Positions 46,802-56,080 of a stretch of 64,000 nt of DNA are shown in pieces. Origin of the DNA: a virus (taxonomy: Duplodnaviria > Caudoviricetes); IMG/VR virus record IMGVR_UViG_3300031134_000001, positions 1 through 64,000 of that record. One strand, given 5' to 3'. A program made the translations under genes and the position numbers. Positions within the stretch are counted from its first letter, which is position 1; each line of letters opens with the position of its first letter. The notes below the pieces were generated by a model. It saw only the letters and a list, made by a program, of their open reading frames with translations, had not been told where the DNA came from and did no database searches.

Positions 46802-47210
46802 GACCTGGTAGTCCCTTGTAATGCATGAAAGCTCACCAGGCACACCCATGCGTTACAAGGAGGTCAAAAAGAAATCTACTGATGTCGACGTTTGCTCACA
46901 CCGGCGACTAGGTAGTCCTGCTCTGACACACCGCGGTAGTTATTCTCTCGCAATCCAACGCGAAGGTTATAAGTTACAATCTATCGCCAAGTGTGTTACG
47001 ACAGGATCGAGACTAGGACAGACCTAGTGCTCGGAGCACCGCAAATTCTTGAAACATTCCTCTTAGCTCTTAGCGGGGCAAACGGGGCGCATTGGTCCCC
47101 ATCGAGAATCTGTGGTGTTAGTAGTTCCATGACGGTGAGGCGTCATGGTTGTGGATAGCCGCACTGCCCTTCGGGGTGGTGCGGTTATTTATGACGTCTT
47201 TATTTTTTTG
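46802..47210 (+). ncRNA. Candidate structured non-coding RNA or long structured 3' UTR
   Basis: No convincing ORF. Long nested stems found by eye (46814-46827/46847-46860; 46908-47027), further hairpins, and a terminator with T tract at ~47155-47210. Confidence 0.55.
47155..47210 (+). terminator. Rho-independent terminator, TATGACGT family
   Basis: atagccgcactgccc-ttcg-gggtggtgcggttat, then ttatgacgt and a T run. Confidence 0.8.
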
Positions 47211-47323
47211 TTTGTTTCTAGGTGTATTGCCCCTAAGCCTCACCACGGCGTTTGTTTTTGCTCCACTCAAGAATCTACCGCGCAGTAGAAAGAATCGCTC
47301 CTAGAGGCTATACGTAGGTCCTG

Positions 47324-47377
47324 ACGGCATAATACCCCCATCCATCTCCACAGCGGGGATGGATGGGATGTATGACT
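47324..47377. terminator. Hairpin at the end of the tail tube gene, ACGGCATA/TATG family
   Basis: acggcataa-tacccccatccatctcc-acagc-ggggatggatgggatg-tatgact. Confidence 0.7.
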
Positions 47378-47381
47378 TCAA

Positions 47382-48272
47382 TTAGAAGTTGGTCTGACGC
47401 TGCGAGACAGCTTTGATGGAAGCATCGAAACCAGTTTCGACTGCCGATGCGACGTCTGCGCTGATCTTGTCGACCATGGCTTGTTTCATCATCGGGTTTG
47501 CACCCACGTAGTTCACGGCGTTCAGGATACGCTGCGCGAACGCATCGACGCCGGCGCCGACTTGTTGCAGAGCGGTGAACGACAGATCGACCGTGACGGT
47601 TTGCATGTCCTGGGTCTTGTCAGCCGAACCGACGATATCGCCGGTGCCTTCAGGGAACATGTTAAAGCACAGGAACGCTTGCTGGACTTTACGACCGAAT
47701 GCATCCGGTTCGATGTACAGCACGGTCATTGTGGTCTGGTCAGCCAGCAGGTCGGGCGACGCGCCGCCGGCAAATGCTGCTTGGAAGCTTGGCAGGGTAG
47801 CGACCGATGCGAACTTGGTGTCCGGGTCCATACCAGCGTAGAGCATCCAGGTTTCGATCAGGCGTTGGATCGGACGACCGTAACGCTCGATGTACGAGTG
47901 CTTGGGCATCGATTCAGCGCGCTTGATGTTCACCAGGTCGCGTTGCATTTGACCGGAACCACCGAATGCGTTTTGTGCGAATTCAGCGGTCAGGCCGCGG
48001 TTCAGACCGTCGATCGACAGCCACTGCGTCTCGATCAGAGCGCGCAGAACCTTGACGAACTTGTCGCCGTTGGGGAAGTACTGGAACAGCTTCGGAGCCT
48101 GGATCAGGATCGGGATGAGGTGACGACGTACGTGAGCTTGGTTGTTGACAAACGCAGCGTGGTCTGGAGCCCAGCCCATCTGACCGCCATAGGTCAGGTC
48201 GACCATGGGTGCGTTCGCACCCAGACCGAAGGCTGTGCCCGGTTGCATGATAGCACCATTGACGCGGGACAT
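47382..48272 (-). CDS. Tail tube protein (phiKZ gp30-like)
   Basis: 296 aa directly downstream of the sheath gene; IETQWLSIDGLN, CFNMFPEGTG; extreme codon bias. Confidence 0.85.
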   Translation of the reverse strand: MSRVNGAIMQPGTAFGLGANAPMVDLTYGGQMGWAPDHAAFVNNQAHVRRHLIPILIQAPKLFQYFPNGDKFVKVLRALIETQWLSIDGLNRGLTAEFAQNAFGGSGQMQRDLVNIKRAESMPKHSYIERYGRPIQRLIETWMLYAGMDPDTKFASVATLPSFQAAFAGGASPDLLADQTTMTVLYIEPDAFGRKVQQAFLCFNMFPEGTGDIVGSADKTQDMQTVTVDLSFTALQQVGAGVDAFAQRILNAVNYVGANPMMKQAMVDKISADVASAVETGFDASIKAVSQRQTNF

Positions 48273-48341
48273 GTATATACCTTTTTGTAAAGGAACTAGA
48301 CAACCTTAGTCATCTAATTCCATTTGGGGAGGGCTGGAGAT

Positions 48342-50423
48342 TTAAGCTTGAGCCAGATCTTCAGCGCGGTACGACTCGATGGTCAGCGACTGGACAGTGC
48401 GCATCGGCGAGGCGCCGAGCTTGATCACGGTCGTCCAGCTGTAACCACGCAGGTCATCGTCCGCAGTGAAGTGCGTATCTGGGATGATGATGAAGCGGTT
48501 GTCGAACTTGCCATCGACTTCCGCCATGATCGCAGCGTTCACACGTTCGACGATCTGGTCTTTGGTCAGATCGCTACGGCCGGTGAAATCGCGGTGCACC
48601 TTGTCGCCGATACGCACGAGTTGTGCGCAAGCAAACGCGGTGATCGCGCTGTTCAACACCGAGGTGTCGTCTGGGTAGACGGTCTGGTGTGCTGGGAAGT
48701 ACATGGTGTCCATGGTGTACGGCTCAGGCCAGACCATGCTTGCTTCCCAGTCCTTGTAACGGGCGGTAGCAGGACGGAACACGACGTTCAGGTCGCGCAG
48801 CGTCGAGACGACGTTGTTCGGGTTGACGTCTGGCTTGTAGTTTGGAACCCACTTGCCGTTCGATGCACCCATGTACAGCGCCCACTTTTCAGCACGGTCG
48901 ATCGAAGCCGGAACAGCGGCGACGTAGTTGCTGTTGAGCAGGTAGCCCGAACCAGCGACAATACTGGCGCGCACCGTTGGGGTAGCGTAGTATTCCGATT
49001 CAGGGTAGTTCAGCAGATGCTGCGACAGCGAAATCGCCACCGAACGTTCTTGATCGTCCGTCAGCATTTGACCGCCGACAACGTGGGTGGCACCCATCAC
49101 GAACGTATCCTTACGGACCGCGATGAAGTTACCCATGACCATCTTGACCGACAGCGGGAAGCCGGAATCCCAGAAGATGTTCTCCGGGTTGTTCACAGCG
49201 TCTTGACGCTGGCTGTTCTTGTCGCCGTATTCCTGCAACTTGGCTTTGACCAGCGCCGAGAAGGCTTCGTCGGTCATCGTGCCGTCGTTACCACCTTGGG
49301 CAAACATCACGCCGTTCTCGTTCATGCGTACGCTGTTAGCAGCGCCGACGACGAGTTGGAAAGCGTGGTATGGCGCGCCGTAGGACGACACAGCGGTGAA
49401 CGGGTTCAGACGGTAGATCTCGTCTTCTTCACCGTTGATGTCGCTGAACATGTCCATGTGCGGGAACTCGACGGTGTGGATCATCGACAACACGGTCTTG
49501 ATGTTGTTGTCGTAGACCTTGACACGGTCGAAGTCACCGATGGTTGGCGAGAAGCCTGGGGTCGACGCGTCTTGGTAAGCCTTGACGAAGATGTCGCCCA
49601 GATACATTTGTGCCGACGTGTTACGGTCGCGCATGCCTGGCTTCAGGGTGAACGTGATCGCTGGCGCGCCCGAGAGGGTGCCGACGGTCGACGGACTGGT
49701 CAGGCGATCCGGACGCGATTTAACCGCGAGCTGGAACGGGTATGCTTTTTGATCGGTGATCAGGCGGGTGTCGACAGCAGCTTGCGACAGTTGGGTCAGT
49801 GCCCAGATCGCGATGCCTTTGTGGTTACCCCATTCGCCTTCCGAGCTGACCATGAAGTCCAGGATCGGGTAGCGGTCCGACTGTGTCGAATTGCTGGTGT
49901 CGGTTTGGTCACCCTTGGTGATTTGGCCGATACCGAATTGACGCATGCCGTCAACAACAGCGATGGGTTCAACAACCCATTTGCCCATGATGCCGTCGTG
50001 CTTGGCAGCCACCGGGATCTTTTGACCGTCGTTGATTTTGTACGAGCCATCGAGATTGCGCTCGAAGTCTTGCACTTGCGTTGGCAGCAAATCGAACGAC
50101 AGACGGAAAGCCGCCGGAGGTGCGATATCGCTTGGTGCCACGCGCTCGACGCAGGTCGAATTGCCGGCGCGGTTGAACACGTTGGCAAATGCGGTCGAGT
50201 GGTTGAAGTACGGGCTTGTTTCGTCGAACGTTTCCGCACCGAAGATGGCAGCACGGCTGGCACCCACAACGAGATAGTTCTTGCCGAGTTTACCCTTGCG
50301 GGCGAACACGAACGATTTTGGCAGGTGGGATGGCTGATCGAGTGGCTGGGGAGCCAGTGTCCGACCAGACACATCGTGGATGCCGCGATTATACGACATC
50401 GCTACGGCGTTTGGAATGTTCAT
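48342..50423 (-). CDS. Tail sheath protein (phiKZ gp29-like)
   Basis: 693 aa; QPLDQPSHLPKSFVFARKG, FWDSGFPL, C-terminal FTADDDLRGYSWT; paired with the tube gene. Confidence 0.88.
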   Translation of the reverse strand: MNIPNAVAMSYNRGIHDVSGRTLAPQPLDQPSHLPKSFVFARKGKLGKNYLVVGASRAAIFGAETFDETSPYFNHSTAFANVFNRAGNSTCVERVAPSDIAPPAAFRLSFDLLPTQVQDFERNLDGSYKINDGQKIPVAAKHDGIMGKWVVEPIAVVDGMRQFGIGQITKGDQTDTSNSTQSDRYPILDFMVSSEGEWGNHKGIAIWALTQLSQAAVDTRLITDQKAYPFQLAVKSRPDRLTSPSTVGTLSGAPAITFTLKPGMRDRNTSAQMYLGDIFVKAYQDASTPGFSPTIGDFDRVKVYDNNIKTVLSMIHTVEFPHMDMFSDINGEEDEIYRLNPFTAVSSYGAPYHAFQLVVGAANSVRMNENGVMFAQGGNDGTMTDEAFSALVKAKLQEYGDKNSQRQDAVNNPENIFWDSGFPLSVKMVMGNFIAVRKDTFVMGATHVVGGQMLTDDQERSVAISLSQHLLNYPESEYYATPTVRASIVAGSGYLLNSNYVAAVPASIDRAEKWALYMGASNGKWVPNYKPDVNPNNVVSTLRDLNVVFRPATARYKDWEASMVWPEPYTMDTMYFPAHQTVYPDDTSVLNSAITAFACAQLVRIGDKVHRDFTGRSDLTKDQIVERVNAAIMAEVDGKFDNRFIIIPDTHFTADDDLRGYSWTTVIKLGASPMRTVQSLTIESYRAEDLAQA

Positions 50424-50658
50424 TATGTCAGGTTCCTGTCGCTAATAATGAATGGTATGGTTTCGGTATTGTTTTGAAGTCGATGCCCAGCATCATAGTA
50501 ATCGTAAAAAAATACTGGCAGGATCGGCGTAAAGTCCTACCTGTAATGTTAAAACAACCTGAGCGGACTCGACATTGGTTTAACATAGAATGTCGGGCAT
50601 ATAGGGGAAGGTAATATTTTTATCCTTCTCTTTGTCAAGAAATTAAGGATGAACTAGA

Positions 50659-51627
50659 ATGACAATCTGCCACACAGCTTACAACACCACTGCCTGTGCT
50701 GGGCACCGGATGGCGCCCATTGTGGATGCAATCCAAGAAGCACAGGTGCGGGAGTTTCTCAGCCACGCTGACGGCGTGACGTATATCGATACATCCACGG
50801 GTGCATCGGGACAAATCAAAGCGTTCAAGCATGCGCTGTATATCCACAAGACCAACGTGCAAGATCAGCGCGGTAGCAACATCTCGGCGGAAGAGCCTAT
50901 CCTGGCCATGGACGTGCGGGCATGCGGTCGGTTCGATACCACCACGGGTCGGTTCAAAGTGACCAACTCGACGATGTACAAAAACCTGATCTACCGCGCG
51001 GCCTTGTCGTCGGTGTGGTTGACCAACGGCGCTGCGGCGTTCCGTAACATCACGCCAACAGCCACCGGTATTTTCGCCTCGTGGTTGGCTGAAGCCATTA
51101 GCTTCAAGTACGCACTGGACCCAAAAGCCAAGATCGACTTGATGATCGTGGCCGGCCTGTTCTACCAATCGAATCACATCGACGGCGTCGAGTTCGACAA
51201 AGGCAACGAAGCACGTTATCTGTCGGCCGTGTCCAACGCACTGAAAGTGAACGTCACGGAAGTGAACCGGATCTATCAGCAAACCCAAGCCATTGTCTCG
51301 ATCGAAGACTTCTGCTCCAAAGCCAAACAAGTACTGGGCAATGTGCGGCTGGAAAACCTGAACCATGGCGTGTTGATCGCCATGATGAGTTCGACCTGGT
51401 CGGGCGACAACGCACCAGAACTCGTGGCTGTGGCCATGGAGCATCCGCCAACCTGGATCTCGCTGGTGTACGAAGCGGCTACTAACATGGCGCTGCGCAA
51501 AGTTGGTTTGTCACGCATCGTCGAACGTCGTCAATACCTCGACGGGCTGGAGCGCTTGACCCAGATGCTCAGGACCCTGGCCCCGGAATCGACTGCGAAG
51601 ATCGAGAACGTTCCGTCGCTATACTGA
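50659..51627 (+). CDS. Virion structural protein (phiKZ gp28-like by synteny)
   Basis: 322 aa divergent from the sheath gene; VAVAMEHPPTW motif. Confidence 0.65.
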   Translation: MTICHTAYNTTACAGHRMAPIVDAIQEAQVREFLSHADGVTYIDTSTGASGQIKAFKHALYIHKTNVQDQRGSNISAEEPILAMDVRACGRFDTTTGRFKVTNSTMYKNLIYRAALSSVWLTNGAAAFRNITPTATGIFASWLAEAISFKYALDPKAKIDLMIVAGLFYQSNHIDGVEFDKGNEARYLSAVSNALKVNVTEVNRIYQQTQAIVSIEDFCSKAKQVLGNVRLENLNHGVLIAMMSSTWSGDNAPELVAVAMEHPPTWISLVYEAATNMALRKVGLSRIVERRQYLDGLERLTQMLRTLAPESTAKIENVPSLY

Positions 51628-51638
51628 AAGCAAAGCTA

Positions 51639-51695
51639 ACCGCCATCTGGATCGAGCAATCGGTCTGGGTGGCGGTACCTTTTATTTCTTTTCTT
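51639..51695 (+). terminator. Rho-independent terminator
   Basis: accgccatctggatcga-gcaa-tcggtctgggtggcggt, then a T-rich tract. Confidence 0.78.
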
Positions 51696-51708
51696 TTTAA
51701 GGACAGCT

Positions 51709-54276
51709 ATGGCTGACTATCTGGTTAAACAAGCCATCCAAAACATCTGGTGCACGCCTGAGCAGGATCAACAGTCCAACTTCAAGTTGGGCAAGATCAC
51801 GCGCTATGGTGGTGTGTATACCAAGGTGGAAGTGATGTGGCGGGAATACGTCCTGCCTGTTCCGGGCGTTTTGTTTCACTGCTATCAAATCGGTAATATC
51901 GGTCCACACCATCTGGGACTGACTTCGCCACCAGCGCCGGGCTTCTGGATGCGGATGCCCGAAGTGTGCGAGAAAGAAGAAACCATCATCGACTTGTACA
52001 CAGTCAGTGGTCGGCAATCGCCGCGTGTGTTGGCCTGGTATACGATCACGGATGATCGGGCCTTGATCATCGCTGTACAAAAGCATCCCCGTGTGGACAT
52101 CAACTACGATACAGAAGCGTTGTATCTGCGGGTCTATCACAACGCGTACTACGGTTCGGTGCGGCGCGATGTAACGCGAGACTTCATCGAAGTGCGCGGT
52201 GGTATTCCCCGTAACGTCGATGAGATCCGCGCGATCCAGACCATGTACTTGAAAGCCAAAGAGCGTGGTGTTGCATACGCGTTCATCAACGGTTATTTGG
52301 TGGACCAACTCGACCTGTTGACAGTGCAGATTGATGACGTCATCGAGTACGTGTACGATGGTTCGATCTACGCGGTTGAAGACTTGATCATCGGTCAGCT
52401 GCCAGTGTTTGACAGCACGATGGATGCTAAACGCAAGTACCTGATCCACGCGCTGCAATCGATCAAGACCAACATCACGTACCATGACGATGTGGATGTG
52501 TTCCTGTTTAAGAAAGAACCACAGGGACGCTTTAAGGGCGTGTACTTCCACCGTAACCAAAAGGACGCTGTGCGGCAAGTTACGCATGCGGACTTTTCCA
52601 TTTCGATCCAGTATCTCGATGCGTTCTTGCATACGCTGCCAGATTGGGACAACACCAACGACTTGACCATCCGGTTACAGATGCGTCACTCGGGTTACCG
52701 TCGGCCTCTCTCAGGGGAAGCGAACCGCATCAAAGAACTGTACAAGTTGCCAGACGCTGAGATCGTTAAAGCCATGGTCGGTGTAGATGCTGTTGTGCCG
52801 GAGTGGCAAGCAGCCAATCTGGAAGCCTCGGCGTACGCCAAGATCATGCGGGCCAGTACGATGGAAGTTACCGCAGCGCTGGTGCAAGAAGCTTACGGTT
52901 ACAACGCCATGAGTCAAATCTTGGCACCCACGCCGCAGTTCGTTAAGAACGTCTCGACCGTGGGCGTGGTGGACATTCCACCGAACCTGCAATACCGCAG
53001 CACGGTGTACGAATACGACTTCGATGGCCATCTGTTGGGTTGGCATTTGCATACGCTGGGCGCTCGGTGGATCACCCGTAACCCAGCGGCACGCATGGTG
53101 CAGATCATGTCGGGCTACGGCGTTAAGCGTATCGACGAACGTTACGGCGCGCAGATCATGACGCTGGATAACAATCTGGATTACCGGGCGTATGTTTGCA
53201 CGATCGTCAATGGCTCACCCGACAACATCTGGCAGGACGTCACCGACTCGGGTTCGTACACCGTCTCAGGCGGTTCGATCCATTGGTTAACTTCGGCAAG
53301 CACCACGTACACCATGGTGCGCAGTAACCTGGATTTCCTGTGCTACGACTTAGCGCTGCCAGTACAAGCTGGTGTGCTGGCGTTTAGTTTGACGTCCGAG
53401 CAAGACCGCGGACTGGGTCACGTGAACACCGTTATGCAAGTGCAGATGGGTGAACTCGATGTCTGGTTAAACAAGAAGGCATTGGTGGAAGGTATCGACT
53501 ACATCGTGAACTTCCCGCGTGTGGTGATCATCAACAAGAAGTACATCGACCATAAGAAAGCGGCTCAAGACATCACCGTGCGTTTCTGCGGTCATGCCAA
53601 AGCGGACATGACTCGTGCTGTGCTGGGTGACCGTGGCTTCGTTAGTCATGGCGTACTGTCGAACAACAACAAGTTCGATATCCGTGATGACAAGGTGCTG
53701 CACATCTCCGTGGGCGGCGGCGTGTACGATCGGAGCGAACTGACGTTTGCGGAAGAACACAGCGGCGTGAATGTTGAAGGCGTACCCAACGGTTCGCCGT
53801 ATGTGGTGCGTGATGTCGTGGTGCCGATGCGTGGTACAACCAATGCGAAAACGTATGAGCTGCGTGATAAAGCTTTGGTGACCGATGAAAACGTCAGTGA
53901 CTATTTGACGCTCAAATTACCACCACCAACCTACGACAATCCAAGTGCAATCAAAGAGCGCTATCCAGTCTACAGTCCCTTCGTTTCGGCGTTGATTGAC
54001 GACTTGGCTAGTGGCGACTTTAGTGATGAGCGGATCTTCGAGCATTACAACGACGACATGCTCAAGTCGATGTGCGCTTACTACGAGCCGCTGCTGGCGT
54101 TTGAACCAACGCGGGCACCCAACGTCGTCGATACGCATTACGTGAGCGTGCAGCCCTATTACAAGGACGCGGTGACGAATCTGGGGTTGTTTGAATACCG
54201 CTTCCTTTCACGCGCCGTTTCACTTTACTTAAACAACGCAATTGAACTGTCACACTTCGTGACCGTTACGGCGTAA
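51709..54276 (+). CDS. Baseplate structural protein (phiKZ gp27-like)
   Basis: 855 aa; AIQNIWCTPEQD N-terminus; beta-rich; synteny. Confidence 0.7.
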   Translation: MADYLVKQAIQNIWCTPEQDQQSNFKLGKITRYGGVYTKVEVMWREYVLPVPGVLFHCYQIGNIGPHHLGLTSPPAPGFWMRMPEVCEKEETIIDLYTVSGRQSPRVLAWYTITDDRALIIAVQKHPRVDINYDTEALYLRVYHNAYYGSVRRDVTRDFIEVRGGIPRNVDEIRAIQTMYLKAKERGVAYAFINGYLVDQLDLLTVQIDDVIEYVYDGSIYAVEDLIIGQLPVFDSTMDAKRKYLIHALQSIKTNITYHDDVDVFLFKKEPQGRFKGVYFHRNQKDAVRQVTHADFSISIQYLDAFLHTLPDWDNTNDLTIRLQMRHSGYRRPLSGEANRIKELYKLPDAEIVKAMVGVDAVVPEWQAANLEASAYAKIMRASTMEVTAALVQEAYGYNAMSQILAPTPQFVKNVSTVGVVDIPPNLQYRSTVYEYDFDGHLLGWHLHTLGARWITRNPAARMVQIMSGYGVKRIDERYGAQIMTLDNNLDYRAYVCTIVNGSPDNIWQDVTDSGSYTVSGGSIHWLTSASTTYTMVRSNLDFLCYDLALPVQAGVLAFSLTSEQDRGLGHVNTVMQVQMGELDVWLNKKALVEGIDYIVNFPRVVIINKKYIDHKKAAQDITVRFCGHAKADMTRAVLGDRGFVSHGVLSNNNKFDIRDDKVLHISVGGGVYDRSELTFAEEHSGVNVEGVPNGSPYVVRDVVVPMRGTTNAKTYELRDKALVTDENVSDYLTLKLPPPTYDNPSAIKERYPVYSPFVSALIDDLASGDFSDERIFEHYNDDMLKSMCAYYEPLLAFEPTRAPNVVDTHYVSVQPYYKDAVTNLGLFEYRFLSRAVSLYLNNAIELSHFVTVTA

Positions 54277-54286
54277 CGGAGAAAAC

Positions 54287-56011
54287 ATGGCAACTAATAA
54301 CACGGTCGCGCTGAACGGCGCGGCCATTCCCGTCATGGCATTGAGCACAGTCGGTGTTGTAGGTACCGATGGTGTCGTGCCAGTGTACGATCCTGATGCA
54401 CGCTGGGCACAGTGGGCTTTGCATGAAGTCTACGTGGGCAAAGCTGGCGCCAAGCGCTACGTGCCGAAAGTGGGTGACTGGGTCGTCGACACGCCTGCCG
54501 CCAAGTTCTACGAGGTGACGGAAATCGACGTGACCACGCTCATCCCACGCATGAAGTCGATCCGGCCTTTGGTGCAAGACCAGGAGTTCAGCAACGCTGA
54601 CATGATCCTCGGTGTGGGTCCGGGCGGTATCTCCGATACGTTCCGCGCTTACCTGAACAAGAACGTGTTGCCGTACACCTTGACCATCGACGCCCGTCTA
54701 CACACGTACTCCTCGGAAGCGGAAAGCTTTACGGTGTTTCGTGGTACCGACATCGAAGGCACGGCCAAACCGATCAGCCAGATGTACAACCAATCGAGCG
54801 AATTGATTGGCACGGCTATCCCACTGACGCTGGCAGCGATCGATGGTAACAACCGTACAGTCAAGTCGTTCCCGATGTGCTACACGACTGAAGACATGCC
54901 TAACGGCGAGAAGGTCGTCTTGATCGTGTTTGCAGACGGCAGTCACCAAGTGTCTAAAGTCGAGCTGTTGATCGAGAACACGGAATTCGTTCCATCGGCT
55001 GACAACTCGCTCAAGCAGATCACCAACATCAGTCTGGAGTCGCCGTTCATTTCGCCGTCGGACCCGAACGTCTTGAGCTTCCCGCTGAACGTCATGATGA
55101 ATGGTCTGTCGCTCATGGGTGTGGTGCACTACAACGACGGCAGCAAACTGCGCCTGCCGGTGAACGATACCCGCTTCTCGCTGCGTGGTCTGGATAACTT
55201 CGTCTCCACCTACGCTGGCCAGAAGTTTGACCTGGTGCTGGACTACAAGCTGGCCCCTGAAGAAGTGACGGTGGGATTGCAGACCACACCAGCGCGGTCG
55301 GTCACGCGTCGTTACGAAGGCATCACCACCAACTTCGAAGGCATGTACTCGCCGAAGCTGTATGGCTTCCCAGTGTGGATCAACTCGGTGCGTGGTTACC
55401 GGATCGAATGGTGGCTCTACGACATGGAGCGTCGCCTGGCGCAACTGGTGACGCCGTTCGTGCAGTACAACGCCAATTCGCGTCCGTTCGACCCAACCGG
55501 CTACGGCTTTAAGCAATCGATCGGCGTGACGATCAACCTTAAGGATGTCAATCCATCGGGTCTGGCGTTGAACCACGTGCAAGCTGTCGACTTCGTTCTG
55601 CGTCAGCAAGGCACCGCGCGTACAACGAACTGGGCTGTTGGTTTCATCCCGAACCAAGAAGTGCTGTTCGGCGAAAACAACTTCGCTAAGATGACGCTCA
55701 TCGATCAGAACCAGATGCAGCTGGACATCACGTGCGGTGAGACTACCCAAGTTGGCTGGTTAGAACGCCTGTACCGCCTGGTGCATCCGTTGTCGGACCC
55801 AGGTCGTGAAAGCCGTGCACCAAACCCGACGCACTTCTCGGTGTGCACGCCTGAATGGGAAGTGGCTTACCCAATCGGTCAATGGAACAAAAAGCTTGTC
55901 TTGAATTACACGGTGCCAAACAACGGTACTTTGTTCATCAAGTTCTTCATCCGTACGGCTGAAACTGACATTCACCTGTCAGTCGCGGGTATTCCCGTGT
56001 ATAGCCAGTAA
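54287..56011 (+). CDS. Baseplate/tail structural protein (phiKZ gp26-like)
   Basis: 574 aa beta-rich ORF directly upstream of the terminase gene. Confidence 0.68.
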   Translation: MATNNTVALNGAAIPVMALSTVGVVGTDGVVPVYDPDARWAQWALHEVYVGKAGAKRYVPKVGDWVVDTPAAKFYEVTEIDVTTLIPRMKSIRPLVQDQEFSNADMILGVGPGGISDTFRAYLNKNVLPYTLTIDARLHTYSSEAESFTVFRGTDIEGTAKPISQMYNQSSELIGTAIPLTLAAIDGNNRTVKSFPMCYTTEDMPNGEKVVLIVFADGSHQVSKVELLIENTEFVPSADNSLKQITNISLESPFISPSDPNVLSFPLNVMMNGLSLMGVVHYNDGSKLRLPVNDTRFSLRGLDNFVSTYAGQKFDLVLDYKLAPEEVTVGLQTTPARSVTRRYEGITTNFEGMYSPKLYGFPVWINSVRGYRIEWWLYDMERRLAQLVTPFVQYNANSRPFDPTGYGFKQSIGVTINLKDVNPSGLALNHVQAVDFVLRQQGTARTTNWAVGFIPNQEVLFGENNFAKMTLIDQNQMQLDITCGETTQVGWLERLYRLVHPLSDPGRESRAPNPTHFSVCTPEWEVAYPIGQWNKKLVLNYTVPNNGTLFIKFFIRTAETDIHLSVAGIPVYSQ

Positions 56012-56015
56012 GGCC

Positions 56016-56064
56016 AACATCCCCACTACCATGCGGTGGTGGGGAGTTTCCCGGTCTATGACGT
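56016..56064. terminator. Hairpin between the gp26-like gene and terminase, TATGACGT family
   Basis: aacatccccactacc-atgc-ggtggtggggagttt...ctatgacgt. Confidence 0.55.
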
Positions 56065-56080
56065 TCTTCGAAAGTACATC

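Noticed and set aside
46821-47027. 68-aa ORF inside the structured region
   Set aside because: No RBS, codon usage unlike the neighbouring genes, and the start codon is buried in a stem. Not excluded without ribosome profiling.
46794-47381. tRNA, tmRNA or RNase P RNA
   Set aside because: No TTCGA T-loop/CCA cloverleaf, no GAGGAAAGTCC motif on either strand, and no tmRNA-like ends by eye. Kept only as an unclassified structured RNA.
48324-50477. 717-aa plus-strand ORF
   Set aside because: Mirrors the sheath gene. C-ending codon bias removes antisense stops, and the composition is V/R/H/D-rich nonsense.
4415-50590. TATG late-promoter cores in divergent spacers (e.g. 4415, 7007, 7025 minus, 13484, 36248 minus, 50584 minus)
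   Set aside because: Consistent with phiKZ late promoters, but a 4-mer is expected by chance too often to call individually.
56036-56080. N-terminal extension of terminase in the ORF track
   Set aside because: Overlaps the intergenic hairpin; the family-like start is MILFLEDW at 56081.
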